Positions 1 through 8,173 are shown, numbered from the stretch's first letter. The stretch is 15,510 nt of DNA from an uncultured Deinococcales bacterium (GCA_964244895.1 CAXTKV010000126.1:1-15510); one strand, 5' to 3'. A program made the numbers and translations. The notes: generated by a model from the sequence alone, not told the origin.

Positions 1-99
1 ATTGGGGTCAGCGTGAAGTCAGTCCCTGCAAAGGGACAGCTCGCACTCAACTCGAAAGTTCTAACGAGAGGAGCGACCTGAAAGGGTCGTTCTTTTGTT
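1..99 (+). ncRNA. Possible 3' end of a structured non-coding RNA, truncated by the window edge
   Basis: Hairpin GTCCCT-GCAA-AGGGAC (22-37) with a GNRA loop and possible further pairing between 2-13 and 40-50, then a GAAA-capped terminator. Family not recognised. Confidence 0.3.
71..99 (+). terminator. Rho-independent terminator
   Basis: Stem GAGCGACCT (71-79) / GGGTCGTTC (84-92) with a GAAA loop, followed by a T-rich tract. Confidence 0.8.
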
Positions 100-261
100 G
101 TGGTTCCCCGGTGCTCGTGGTTCCTCGGTGTGGAGCTACCGTGATTCTCGAAGGTATCTACGATATCGCGCGTTGTCACTTTGCGAATTTGGAGGTCGCC
201 TCGAGTCGGCAGCGGGCCTCTCGTGTTGGATACCGAAGGGTCAGATGGTCTCAAGTCTTCT

Positions 262-720
262 TTAGATTGACCAATCCCGTGTGAGCTGGCGTGCAGCTTC
301 GAAAGCGACGATGCCGACGCTGACGGCCAGGTTGAGACTGCGTCCCCGACCCGGCATGGGAATTTGCAGGCTCGGGTAGCGCTCGAGAATGGTGGGTGGT
401 AAACCATCCGATTCGCGCCCGAACACCAGGTAATCGTTGCGTTGAAATGCGGTATTCGTGTACACGCTCGAGCCCTGAGAGGACGTGGTGAAGACTCGAG
501 CATCGGCGGGCAGGCTGGCTTCAAATGCGGCCCACGAGACGTGCTGATTGAGTTCGACGTGCTCGAAGTAATCCATCGCGCTGCGCTGCAACGACTTCGC
601 GCTGAGGATAAATCCGTATGGGCGGATCAGGTGCAACTTCGCGCCCAGCACGGCGCAGGTGCGGGCGATGGTGCCGGTGTTCTGCGGAATTTCGGGTTGG
701 TAGAGCACGATCTGTAGCAT
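262..720 (-). CDS. trmL: tRNA (cytidine/uridine(34)-2'-O)-methyltransferase TrmL, SPOUT family
   Basis: Motifs IVLYQPEIPQNTGTIARTC, LHLIRPYGF, LVFGRESDGLP and IPM..RSLNLAVSVGIV. Start placed at ATG 720, which follows a TGnTATCAT -10 box by 5 nt. Confidence 0.93.
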   Translation of the reverse strand: MLQIVLYQPEIPQNTGTIARTCAVLGAKLHLIRPYGFILSAKSLQRSAMDYFEHVELNQHVSWAAFEASLPADARVFTTSSQGSSVYTNTAFQRNDYLVFGRESDGLPPTILERYPSLQIPMPGRGRSLNLAVSVGIVAFEAARQLTRDWSI

Positions 721-737
721 CGGGCATGATACCAAAG

Positions 738-755
738 AGACCGTCCAGGACGCGA
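738..755. repeat. Single arm of the palindromic element
   Basis: AGACCGTCCAGGACGCGA resembles the left arm ACACCGTCCAGCACGCGA of the copy at 9083. Confidence 0.5.
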
Positions 756-777
756 GAAACTGGAGTAAACTCTGGTC

Positions 778-1155
778 ATGTTTCGTTACCATCACGTTTC
801 GCGCAGCACGCCGGACATTGATCGGGCGATCAGGTTTTACCTTTCTATCGGTTGTACCCTAGAAAAACACGTCAAGGACGATGTGCAGCACCTCGAGCGC
901 GCACAACTCGCGCTGCCGGGTTCGAGCGCGGTGCTGCAACTGATCCAGCGTCAGGAGGGTGCGGTCACGCCGCCGGGACTGGATTGGACGGAGCATCTGG
1001 CGTTTCACACGTCGGCCTTCGATGACGCGCTGAAGGCGTTGCTGGAGGCGGGAGGGCGTCTCGAGCGCGAGCCGTATCGGTTGCAGCCGGGCGCTGGGCG
1101 CATCGGTTTCGTGTTCGACCCGGACGGGCACAGGATCGAACTCGTCGAGAAGTGA
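778..1155 (+). CDS. VOC family (glyoxalase/bleomycin resistance) protein
   Basis: N-terminal HHV...D.DRAIRFY, central EHLAF and C-terminal FVFDPDGHRIELVE motifs. Confidence 0.9.
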   Translation: MFRYHHVSRSTPDIDRAIRFYLSIGCTLEKHVKDDVQHLERAQLALPGSSAVLQLIQRQEGAVTPPGLDWTEHLAFHTSAFDDALKALLEAGGRLEREPYRLQPGAGRIGFVFDPDGHRIELVEK

Positions 1156-1217
1156 AAACCGATTGCGCGACCATCCAGTGCGCTCGAGTTTGAAATGCTC
1201 GAGCTCTTCCGCCTGGG

Positions 1218-1265
1218 GAACACCGTCCAGCACGTGAATCTTAAAATGTGTGCTGGACGGTGTTC
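1218..1265. repeat. 44-bp-core REP/REPIN-like palindromic element, copy 1
   Basis: Perfect 16-bp inverted repeat GAACACCGTCCAGCAC (1218-1233) / GTGCTGGACGGTGTTC (1250-1265) between convergent genes. Confidence 0.9.
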
Positions 1266-1282
1266 TCGTGTATTGATCGGCG

Positions 1283-4200
1283 TTACGCCACGATCTGACG
1301 CAGGATGCTCGGGTCCTGAATCTGTTCGTCGCGCGCCAAGAGCAGGACTTTCGAGACGACCTCGGCGGTGCGCGGATCGTTGTCGGCGAACGGCAGGAAC
1401 ACGCGACCGCGTTGCTGCGAGGGCACGGCCACGATGCACACATAACCGCCCGGTTGCTGATGCACCGTGCCGCTGCCCAGGTGGACGGTGTAGCGGTTGA
1501 GTTTTCCTTGCACCAGCGCGTGCGAATCCTTGATGCTGACGTTCTCGAGCTTCAAGAGGGCGCTCGTTTCGCGCACCATCGCGGCGCGCATCTCGACGGT
1601 GCTGGCGCTGGCTTCCGGGTCGACGCCGCCGACGTGGGCGACGCTGACGATCAAGTCCACGTCGCGCATGACTTCAGAGAGCAATCGTGGCGGGATTGCC
1701 GTCAGTTCCAGGCGCTTCCAATCGCCTTTTCTGGTGAAGTACAGGTTTTCCAGCGTCGGCGCTTCGACCTCTGCGGGGGTCGTCCAGCCCTGGTTGCTCT
1801 CGAGCCAGGCGGTCACGCCCTCCGTGTGGAAGGTGCGGGATAAACCGTCCTCCATCCTCGAGACCCAACCGCGCTGCCCCAGGAGCGCCATGGCTTGCTT
1901 CGGGTTGACCTGATGACCCGCGTAACGGCTCGAGAAGACCTTGTCGGCGCGTTCGGCGGCGGTCAGCACGTATAACTCGCGGAAGACCTGCTTGAAGGGC
2001 TGCACGCGGTTCGCGTCGAAGCACTCCTGCTGCCAGGCGCTCCAGTTTTTTGCTCCCAAGAGATCGTGCGGGTGTGCGATCCGCAACTCGTCTTTGAGGC
2101 TCAGCTTCGTCTCGAGCTTCGCGCAATCGCGCAGGGCTTGTCCGCCTTTGGTGAGGTAGCCCAACCTGCCGGAATCCGCGACGAACACGATTTTCTCGAA
2201 CATCGCGCGCAACAACGGGTGCGCCCACAACGAACGCAATTCCTTGGCGGTGAACGCATCGCCGTGAACCATCGCGCGTTCCAGCGAAACCCGCATCCTG
2301 GACGCCTGCCGCTCGAGTTCCCGGCGGCGCTCCTGCAAGGCCAGCACGTCCTCGTCCTTCTTGAGCGCGGCGGGAACGGTCTTGAGGGGCTTCCCATTTT
2401 TTTCCACGCTGAATTCTGGTTTGCCCTCCGACGTGATTGAAAGCGCGAACCGCGTACCATCTTTATTCAGCGCGACCGGGCCACTGGAGAGGTCCGCGAC
2501 GGCTTTGAGTTCCATCGCCCAGGTCAACCGCAACGGATCGGGATAACCCGCCGTGTTGGCCAGGTTGACCATCCCGATGCGCGCCGCCAGGGATTCGCTC
2601 TCCTTGCGTTGTGAGCCGAACGCTTTGGAGCCGCGCAGGAATTCCTGAATCACCTCGAAGCGCCGCAGCACGGCAGCCTCGATCTCGAGCTGATCGGAAG
2701 AATCCAGCAACGGGATTAACCCGAGCGCCCGAACGCTGTCCTGGTGGCGTTTGGCGCGGATGCGTTCGATCACCTCCGATTGCTCTAAAACCCCTAGCAT
2801 CGCGTCCGCGAACTGTTTGGCGCGCGTGTGCCCCGTGCCGCCGGACGCGAACTTCGCGGCATCGTAGACCTTCGCCCAGCGCTGTGCGCCGAGTTTCTGG
2901 TGGACGCGTCTGAACCAGGCCACGTCCACCGCGCCGTCCAGCAAGTCCTGCGCGGAAAGCGGCGTCTGCTCGCTGATTTCCGCCTGCCAGCTTTCCAGCA
3001 CCTCGCCCTGAACGTGCCAGCCGCGATCCTTGGTGTGCGCGTGCAACCACCACATGGCCTGCGCCAGACCCTCCCAGCCCAACGCGTGCTCCACGAAGCG
3101 CGACCATTGCGGCGCGTACAAGCCCAGTTCCACCAGGCGTTGATCGGTGATGCGGGCTTCGTGGACGCGCTTCGCGAAATCTTCGGGCGTGTCGTCCGGT
3201 GCGGGGAAGGTCACGCGGATCAGGTGGCTGATCGTGTCGCCGCGACCCGTCACGCCCCAGCTCGAAATGTACCCACGCACGAAGTCCGTCTTGCCCAAGC
3301 CCGTCAGGAGCGACACCAGCGTTTCCGTGCCCTCCGTGTAGCGCACCGACAGGGCGGGTTTGGATGCCGCCGTCGGCAGGTCGCCGCGCGTGCGTTCGGT
3401 CTCGATGATGCGGCTTCGGACGCGGTTTACCAGCGGTTTTAATTGCGGGAATTTCTCGAGGAGCGCGTCCGGTTTGCGGGTCGTGAGCGCGTTCAACTCG
3501 CCGAAATGTCCGTCGTTGACGGATTTTGGATCGAGATTGCGCGCCCCGATCAACTGATCGAGCACGTCTGCGTCGGCAATTTCACCCGCGCTCCAGGTGC
3601 GCAAGGTCAGCTCGAGCGGCGAGAACTCGCGTACCGAACGCCCCGGCGTGTTGTGCGCGGCGTGCTTGAGATTCCACAAGCGCGCCGCCTGCTTTTCTGA
3701 TGCGTTGCCGATTCGGGTGTGCGCGCTTCCCAGCCACGATGACAGCCGTTCGTCCGAAGACCAGCGGCTCAAAAAAATTCGGTCGTTCGCGCGCGGGTCT
3801 CTCGCGTCGGGCGTTTCCTCGAGATCGATGTCGTCCAGCTCGAGATCGTCACCATCGGCATTCGTTGTGGGCGCTGGCCCGAGTTCTTTGTGCAGCACCT
3901 CCAAAGTGGGCAGGATTCTGGCCAGCGATTGCTCCGCCGCGTCCAGCGCGAAATCCTGCGCGCCATCCTGCGCGCCATCCGGCGCGTGCAGGGCGTTCAG
4001 CCAGGCCAGCACGACCCGAAGGTAAGGCGTTTGTTTGAACTCGATGCGCTTGCTCTTGCCGATCAGCTTTTCCAGCAGGTTCGTCTTCGCGCCACTCAAT
4101 TCATCGAGTACGTTCTGGACGATCTTTGGACGATATTCCGTTTGCCACGCGTAACGCTGCGGCCCCAGCACCGGCACGAGGCTCGCGGCGCGCAGCAGTT

Positions 4201-6229
4201 CGAAACCGTCCGCATCGCGCTGATTCTTGGGGCGGTTGGCGTACCAGTCTTCCCAGACCTCGCGCAACGGCAGGGGTTGCGTGGCTTCGTCGAGGGCTTT
4301 GCTCAAATCGGGCGCGTTGAATCGGGCGTTGGACAGGGGCGCCTCCTGTTCCTCGTCCGCCCAGTTCTTGAACTTCACGGGCGTCTGCGCGTGGCTGTCG
4401 ATCAGTGCGTCCAGCGACTTCAGGCACTCGAGCGCGGCGGGCGTGACGAGTTGCACCTTCTGCGTTTTTGGCGCTCTGGGTTTCGTCAATTTTTCCGGGT
4501 CGAACAGGCCCAGACCGTCGCGCAAGGTCGGCGTGTTCGTCTGACCGTCTTTGGCCTCGAGCGCCTTCAGCAGTTCATCGCCCGCCGCGCGCTGGTCGGC
4601 GGATTTTGCGTTGCTCAACCGTTCTGCGCTTTCCTGCACGACCGTTTCGGGTTGGCGAAGGAGCAGTTTGATCGCGCCCTGCCGCATGTCGGTGCGTTTG
4701 CGCGAGAGCAGTTCCTCGAGCGCGGTGACTTCTGGTGGTTCGAGGACTGTTTTGTGCTTCTCGAGGGCGTTGAAGGCGCTTCGACGGACGTATTCTCCGG
4801 CGTCACCGATGCTTTGCAGGATCGCGGCTCGGGTTTGCGCGTCCCACGGTGTGCGCTCCGCGATCCTGTCCAGCAGGCTCGAGCGCGTCCAGGTGCTGAG
4901 TTCCTTCCAGTACGGCAGCATCCGTTTCGGATCGCGTTCATTGATGGCTTGCATCATGGCCTGCGTGATGTTCTGCGGCGAGAGCGTCACGTTGGCCAGC
5001 CACGAGATGCCGGATGGCAAACTGATTTCCTTGGGGACGCGTGCCAGCAGGCGCTCGAAAATCTCAAAGACCTGGTCGTCGTTGTTCCAGGCGTTGCTCG
5101 AGAACGCGCGCGCGGCCACGCTCAGGTCGCTGTCCTCGAGCGCGGTGGTCAGGTGCGCGGCGGTCAGTGGTGGGTTCGACAGCAGCACCAGGAACGCGGT
5201 CGCGGTGAAACGAAGCTTCGCGTTGCCGTGCCCGAGCCAGCCCGACGCCAGGTTTGCGGATCGCTCCGCGTCCTCGGTGGCGATGCACCACAGCCACTGG
5301 AAGAGCGTGAGCGGATCGGGTTCCGCCTTCGGGTTCGCGGCGTGCTGCTCGCAGGTGGGGATCTGCTCGAGCCAGCCCGTCAGCTTCTCGAGCCCATCGC
5401 GCAGTTGCTTGGGCGTGGCCTCGAACCCTTCCCAGCCCATCATCATTTGCAGCGCTTGCACGCTGGAACTGAAGCGGATCAGGTCGTGTTCCAGGATCAG
5501 CTTGAGCATTCGTTTGAAGGCCGTCGGGTGCGCCTCGAACATCGCCTGGAAGATGCTCTGGCGCAGCCCTTCTTGGCGTTGGGCGGCCAGAAGGAGTTTT
5601 TCGATGAACGCCCAGCCTTCGGGTCTGGACGCCATCAGCAGGCTCTTGGTGACGTGATCGCCCATCATGCCGATGGCGTGTTCGTTCTTGCCGGACGCGA
5701 TCAGAATCTGGAGGATTTCCGCGTCGCCCGAATCGATCGCGGCGGCGAACAACGGGGCGAGCGCGTCGGAACCCCAACCCAGGTAGGCGGCGTGTTCGGC
5801 GTACCAGCGCAGGGGTTGATCGCGGTTCTCGGTGATGCGCCGCAGGTTCTCGAGCCATGCCAGAGCGGTCTCGTCCAGCGGCGCGTCGGAAGCCTTTTCT
5901 TTCAGTCGGAACGGTCTGGATTGGTACGCGTTCAGGTACGGTCTGGACTGTCGCACGGCGGCCCTGACCAACGGTGCGAAGCGTGGAAACCACGCGTCGA
6001 TCAGCGCGGCTTGTTGATCCGCCGGAAGCTCAGCCAGGTCGGTGCGCGCCTGGTTGATCTTCTGCCAGTCCACGGAGACGTTCTTTCCCGTCGCATCGCG
6101 CCCCATCAACATCAAAGCCCGCGCCCTGACGGGCTCCTTGAGCTTCACGACTCGAGCCACCAGCCGCTCTGGGCCATCCTCGAGGATGGTGGCTTTCAGG
6201 GCTTTCTCGGCCTGTTCTTTGCTGAGCAT
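1283..6229 (-). CDS. Large DUF4132 domain-containing protein (MolR/YehI-related) with HEAT/ARM-like helical repeats
   Basis: Long ORF. The C-terminal region contains RLERAMV..., IAHPHDL...W..WQ...RVQPFKQVFRELY, SSRYAGHQV, SEVMRDVDL.VSVA and Y.VHLGSG..., as typical of DUF4132 proteins. Start placed at ATG 6229, with AGGAG 7 nt upstream. Confidence 0.85.
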   Translation of the reverse strand: MLSKEQAEKALKATILEDGPERLVARVVKLKEPVRARALMLMGRDATGKNVSVDWQKINQARTDLAELPADQQAALIDAWFPRFAPLVRAAVRQSRPYLNAYQSRPFRLKEKASDAPLDETALAWLENLRRITENRDQPLRWYAEHAAYLGWGSDALAPLFAAAIDSGDAEILQILIASGKNEHAIGMMGDHVTKSLLMASRPEGWAFIEKLLLAAQRQEGLRQSIFQAMFEAHPTAFKRMLKLILEHDLIRFSSSVQALQMMMGWEGFEATPKQLRDGLEKLTGWLEQIPTCEQHAANPKAEPDPLTLFQWLWCIATEDAERSANLASGWLGHGNAKLRFTATAFLVLLSNPPLTAAHLTTALEDSDLSVAARAFSSNAWNNDDQVFEIFERLLARVPKEISLPSGISWLANVTLSPQNITQAMMQAINERDPKRMLPYWKELSTWTRSSLLDRIAERTPWDAQTRAAILQSIGDAGEYVRRSAFNALEKHKTVLEPPEVTALEELLSRKRTDMRQGAIKLLLRQPETVVQESAERLSNAKSADQRAAGDELLKALEAKDGQTNTPTLRDGLGLFDPEKLTKPRAPKTQKVQLVTPAALECLKSLDALIDSHAQTPVKFKNWADEEQEAPLSNARFNAPDLSKALDEATQPLPLREVWEDWYANRPKNQRDADGFELLRAASLVPVLGPQRYAWQTEYRPKIVQNVLDELSGAKTNLLEKLIGKSKRIEFKQTPYLRVVLAWLNALHAPDGAQDGAQDFALDAAEQSLARILPTLEVLHKELGPAPTTNADGDDLELDDIDLEETPDARDPRANDRIFLSRWSSDERLSSWLGSAHTRIGNASEKQAARLWNLKHAAHNTPGRSVREFSPLELTLRTWSAGEIADADVLDQLIGARNLDPKSVNDGHFGELNALTTRKPDALLEKFPQLKPLVNRVRSRIIETERTRGDLPTAASKPALSVRYTEGTETLVSLLTGLGKTDFVRGYISSWGVTGRGDTISHLIRVTFPAPDDTPEDFAKRVHEARITDQRLVELGLYAPQWSRFVEHALGWEGLAQAMWWLHAHTKDRGWHVQGEVLESWQAEISEQTPLSAQDLLDGAVDVAWFRRVHQKLGAQRWAKVYDAAKFASGGTGHTRAKQFADAMLGVLEQSEVIERIRAKRHQDSVRALGLIPLLDSSDQLEIEAAVLRRFEVIQEFLRGSKAFGSQRKESESLAARIGMVNLANTAGYPDPLRLTWAMELKAVADLSSGPVALNKDGTRFALSITSEGKPEFSVEKNGKPLKTVPAALKKDEDVLALQERRRELERQASRMRVSLERAMVHGDAFTAKELRSLWAHPLLRAMFEKIVFVADSGRLGYLTKGGQALRDCAKLETKLSLKDELRIAHPHDLLGAKNWSAWQQECFDANRVQPFKQVFRELYVLTAAERADKVFSSRYAGHQVNPKQAMALLGQRGWVSRMEDGLSRTFHTEGVTAWLESNQGWTTPAEVEAPTLENLYFTRKGDWKRLELTAIPPRLLSEVMRDVDLIVSVAHVGGVDPEASASTVEMRAAMVRETSALLKLENVSIKDSHALVQGKLNRYTVHLGSGTVHQQPGGYVCIVAVPSQQRGRVFLPFADNDPRTAEVVSKVLLLARDEQIQDPSILRQIVA
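3953..3986. repeat. In-frame 12-bp tandem repeat encoding DGAQDGAQD
   Basis: ATCCTGCGCGCC twice, plus a partial third copy. Confidence 0.7.
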
Positions 6230-6265
6230 GGCGCGTCTCCTGTCTCGAGGCACTATTTTCTAGAG

Positions 6266-6309
6266 ACACCGTCCAGCACACATATTCAATCTCGCGTCCC
6301 AGACGGTGT
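6266..6309. repeat. 44-bp palindromic element, copy 2 (opposite orientation to copy 1)
   Basis: ACACCGTCCAGCACACATATTCAATCTCGCGTCCCAGACGGTGT; its reverse complement aligns without gaps to copy 1. Confidence 0.85.
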
Positions 6310-6324
6310 TTTCGTGATTCTGGC

Positions 6325-6750
6325 TCAGCCGCCCGCCAGGGCCACCAATCGCAGGAACAGCACATCCATCTGCGGTCGGAACAGGATCGGTGCATCCAGG
6401 CTGGTGATCTGTTCGTTGCCGATGAAGACGTAATACAACCCGTCCTCGAAGGCCAACAGCGCCGTCTGGATGGCTTCGGCTGGGTTGATGTCCTGCTGGG
6501 ACTCGCGCCCCAGGGAGTCGATCTTGCCCGCTTCGATTCCGTCCTGGATTTGCCCTTCGGTCAGGACGCGCACCAGTCGGGCGTCGCGCTGGCGGTTGTG
6601 GAAGGCCTGGACTTCTTCCAGCACCACGCGGGTGATCAGGTCTCGCAGGTTGAGTTGCTGGTCGTACTCGATTTGGAGCGTCCAGGACGGGACGAGCGCG
6701 GCGCGGCGTCCGATCTGTTTGGCTTCCAGGGTGAAGCTGGTCGTGCGCAT
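6325..6750 (-). CDS. 141-aa hypothetical protein with ubiquitin-like (ThiS/MoaD beta-grasp-like) features and a C-terminal Gly-Gly
   Basis: GAGG ribosome-binding site 7 nt before ATG 6750. The C-terminus YYVFIGNEQITSLDAPILFRPQMDVLFLRLVALAGG resembles MoaD/ThiS tails. Co-oriented immediately upstream of the DUF4132 gene. Confidence 0.75.
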   Translation of the reverse strand: MRTTSFTLEAKQIGRRAALVPSWTLQIEYDQQLNLRDLITRVVLEEVQAFHNRQRDARLVRVLTEGQIQDGIEAGKIDSLGRESQQDINPAEAIQTALLAFEDGLYYVFIGNEQITSLDAPILFRPQMDVLFLRLVALAGG

Positions 6751-6794
6751 GGGTAAACCTCGCTCTGGTGTATTTGCGAACTCTGATTCCATGA

Positions 6795-6811
6795 TTATGT
6801 TTATAACATAA
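6795..6811. promoter_or_regulatory. Radiation/desiccation response motif (RDRM), DdrO operator
   Basis: TTATGTTTATAACATAA matches the 17-bp Deinococcus RDRM consensus as recalled (TYMYGYNNWNRRCRKRA) at every position. It lies within a perfect 10-bp inverted repeat (6792-6814), 44 bp upstream of the 6750 start. Confidence 0.8.
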
Positions 6812-7203
6812 TCAATTCCAGTTGTGTTGCCACCTCGAGAATTACCCGAGCCGAGCGCGACAACCCGCTGAACGACGCATTCAAACGAGTCTAAAACACC
6901 CCGGTCAGGGCGGCGTGGTTAATCCCTCGTCGGATCGGAAGTCATGCGCGAACAATCGCGATTCTCGAGCATTCCAGTTTTCAGACTGAAGCTCGAGAAA
7001 TCGTGACTGCCCGAAGGCGAATATGAGACGCCCTTAGCGGTGGCTCGAACAATCCTGAGCAGAACGAGAAATCCGACCTCGCGTGCTCGAGCCTCAACCC
7101 GTTGTCATCCCGAGAAGGCAAGAAGAATCTTTCGCCGCGACTCGGGCGCAGATACATCTCGCACGACGACGTTCTCGGTACCCGCGCTCGAGAACTGAAA
7201 TGT

Positions 7204-7713
7204 TCACCAGCCGGAACTGTTCGGCACGCCCTTGAACGGCCCGACGATATTTTTGGTGATCCAGCCGCCGTAAAACCCGCCCGGTTGCGGCGCGACGCGC
7301 TCACCGTCCACGAAGCAACCGTCGGTATCCAGAACCTGCATCCGACCCGCGTAGAAGGCCACGAAATTCTGGATCGGCCTGAACCCCGCCGTGGGATTCG
7401 GGTAGTACCAGGCCGCATCCCGAGCCACCGCGTCCCCGACGCGCACCGTGTAATACCCGGCACCGCCTTTCCACTCGCAGAAGCTCGAGTTCGATGATGC
7501 TTCCAGCGCGCCAACCGCGATGTCCTCTGGCGGAATGTAATAGACGGGCGGATGGGATGTCTCCAGGACGCGGTACCCGCGCACGGTATCCACAATTTTC
7601 ACGCCGTTCATGACGATCTCGAGGCGCTTCGGGGTGGTTTCCAGGCGCGGAGGGCGCGGGTAATCCCAGACGGATTCCTGGCCGGGTTCGGGATGGATCG
7701 GTTTCGGGCGCAT
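7204..7713 (-). CDS. DUF427 domain-containing protein
   Basis: Motifs QESVWDYPRPPRLE, VLETSHPPVYYIP, SFCEWKG.A.YY, AAWYYPNP and PQPGGFYGGWIT. Confidence 0.92.
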   Translation of the reverse strand: MRPKPIHPEPGQESVWDYPRPPRLETTPKRLEIVMNGVKIVDTVRGYRVLETSHPPVYYIPPEDIAVGALEASSNSSFCEWKGGAGYYTVRVGDAVARDAAWYYPNPTAGFRPIQNFVAFYAGRMQVLDTDGCFVDGERVAPQPGGFYGGWITKNIVGPFKGVPNSSGW

Positions 7714-7843
7714 GAACGCATCCTCGCTCAGGTCGGGTGCGCGAGCAATGGCGCGGCTGACGATTGCGCCCGAACGCTCGGGACGGTAAACACCTCATCG
7801 CGCGCCTCGAGACCGATTGACCCCGATTTGATTGAACTCGAGA

Positions 7844-7897
7844 AGATCGTCCCGGACGAAGTTTCTTACGATCAAAAAACACTGTTCAGGACGGTGC
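7844..7897. repeat. Two short palindromic units of the element family
   Basis: TCGTCC-C-GGACGA at 7847-7859, and ACACTGTTCAGGACGGTGC at 7879-7897, which overlaps the stop codon of the 95-aa gene. Confidence 0.55.
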
Positions 7898-8173
7898 TCT
7901 CGCGCGGATCGCATGGAACCGAGCGCGCGTGATCCCGATCCGTTCGACCAGCCGCGCCGCCGCTTCCTCGAGCAATTCCGGCACCAGGTGATCCAGGTCG
8001 GTGATGCCCAGACGCACCCATTCCGTGTAGCCCGTGCCCTCTTCCTCGTAGTGCAGCACGAAGGTTTCGCGCGATTCCAGGTAGAACGCGCCCAGCAACC
8101 CATCCGGCACGCCGTGGTCTTTCAACACGACCCAGGCCGCGTTGATCGCGGCTTCGTCCTCGATGCGGCTCAC
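7886..8173 (-). CDS. Hypothetical protein (95 aa)
   Basis: Co-oriented 25 bp downstream of the SCP2 gene, GAGG before the GTG start, protein-like composition. No family recognised. Confidence 0.65.
   Translation of the reverse strand: MSRIEDEAAINAAWVVLKDHGVPDGLLGAFYLESRETFVLHYEEEGTGYTEWVRLGITDLDHLVPELLEEAAARLVERIGITRARFHAIRARAPS

Noticed and set aside
100..130. Direct repeat GTGGTTCCYCGGTG, two copies
   Set aside because: Only two short copies 17 bp apart, with no supporting context.
3890..6433. 847-aa plus-strand ORF
   Set aside because: Antisense shadow of the DUF4132 gene, typical of GC-rich codon bias; no recognisable domain.
6981..7882. Alternative-frame ORFs overlapping DUF427
   Set aside because: They overlap a confident gene and carry no motifs.
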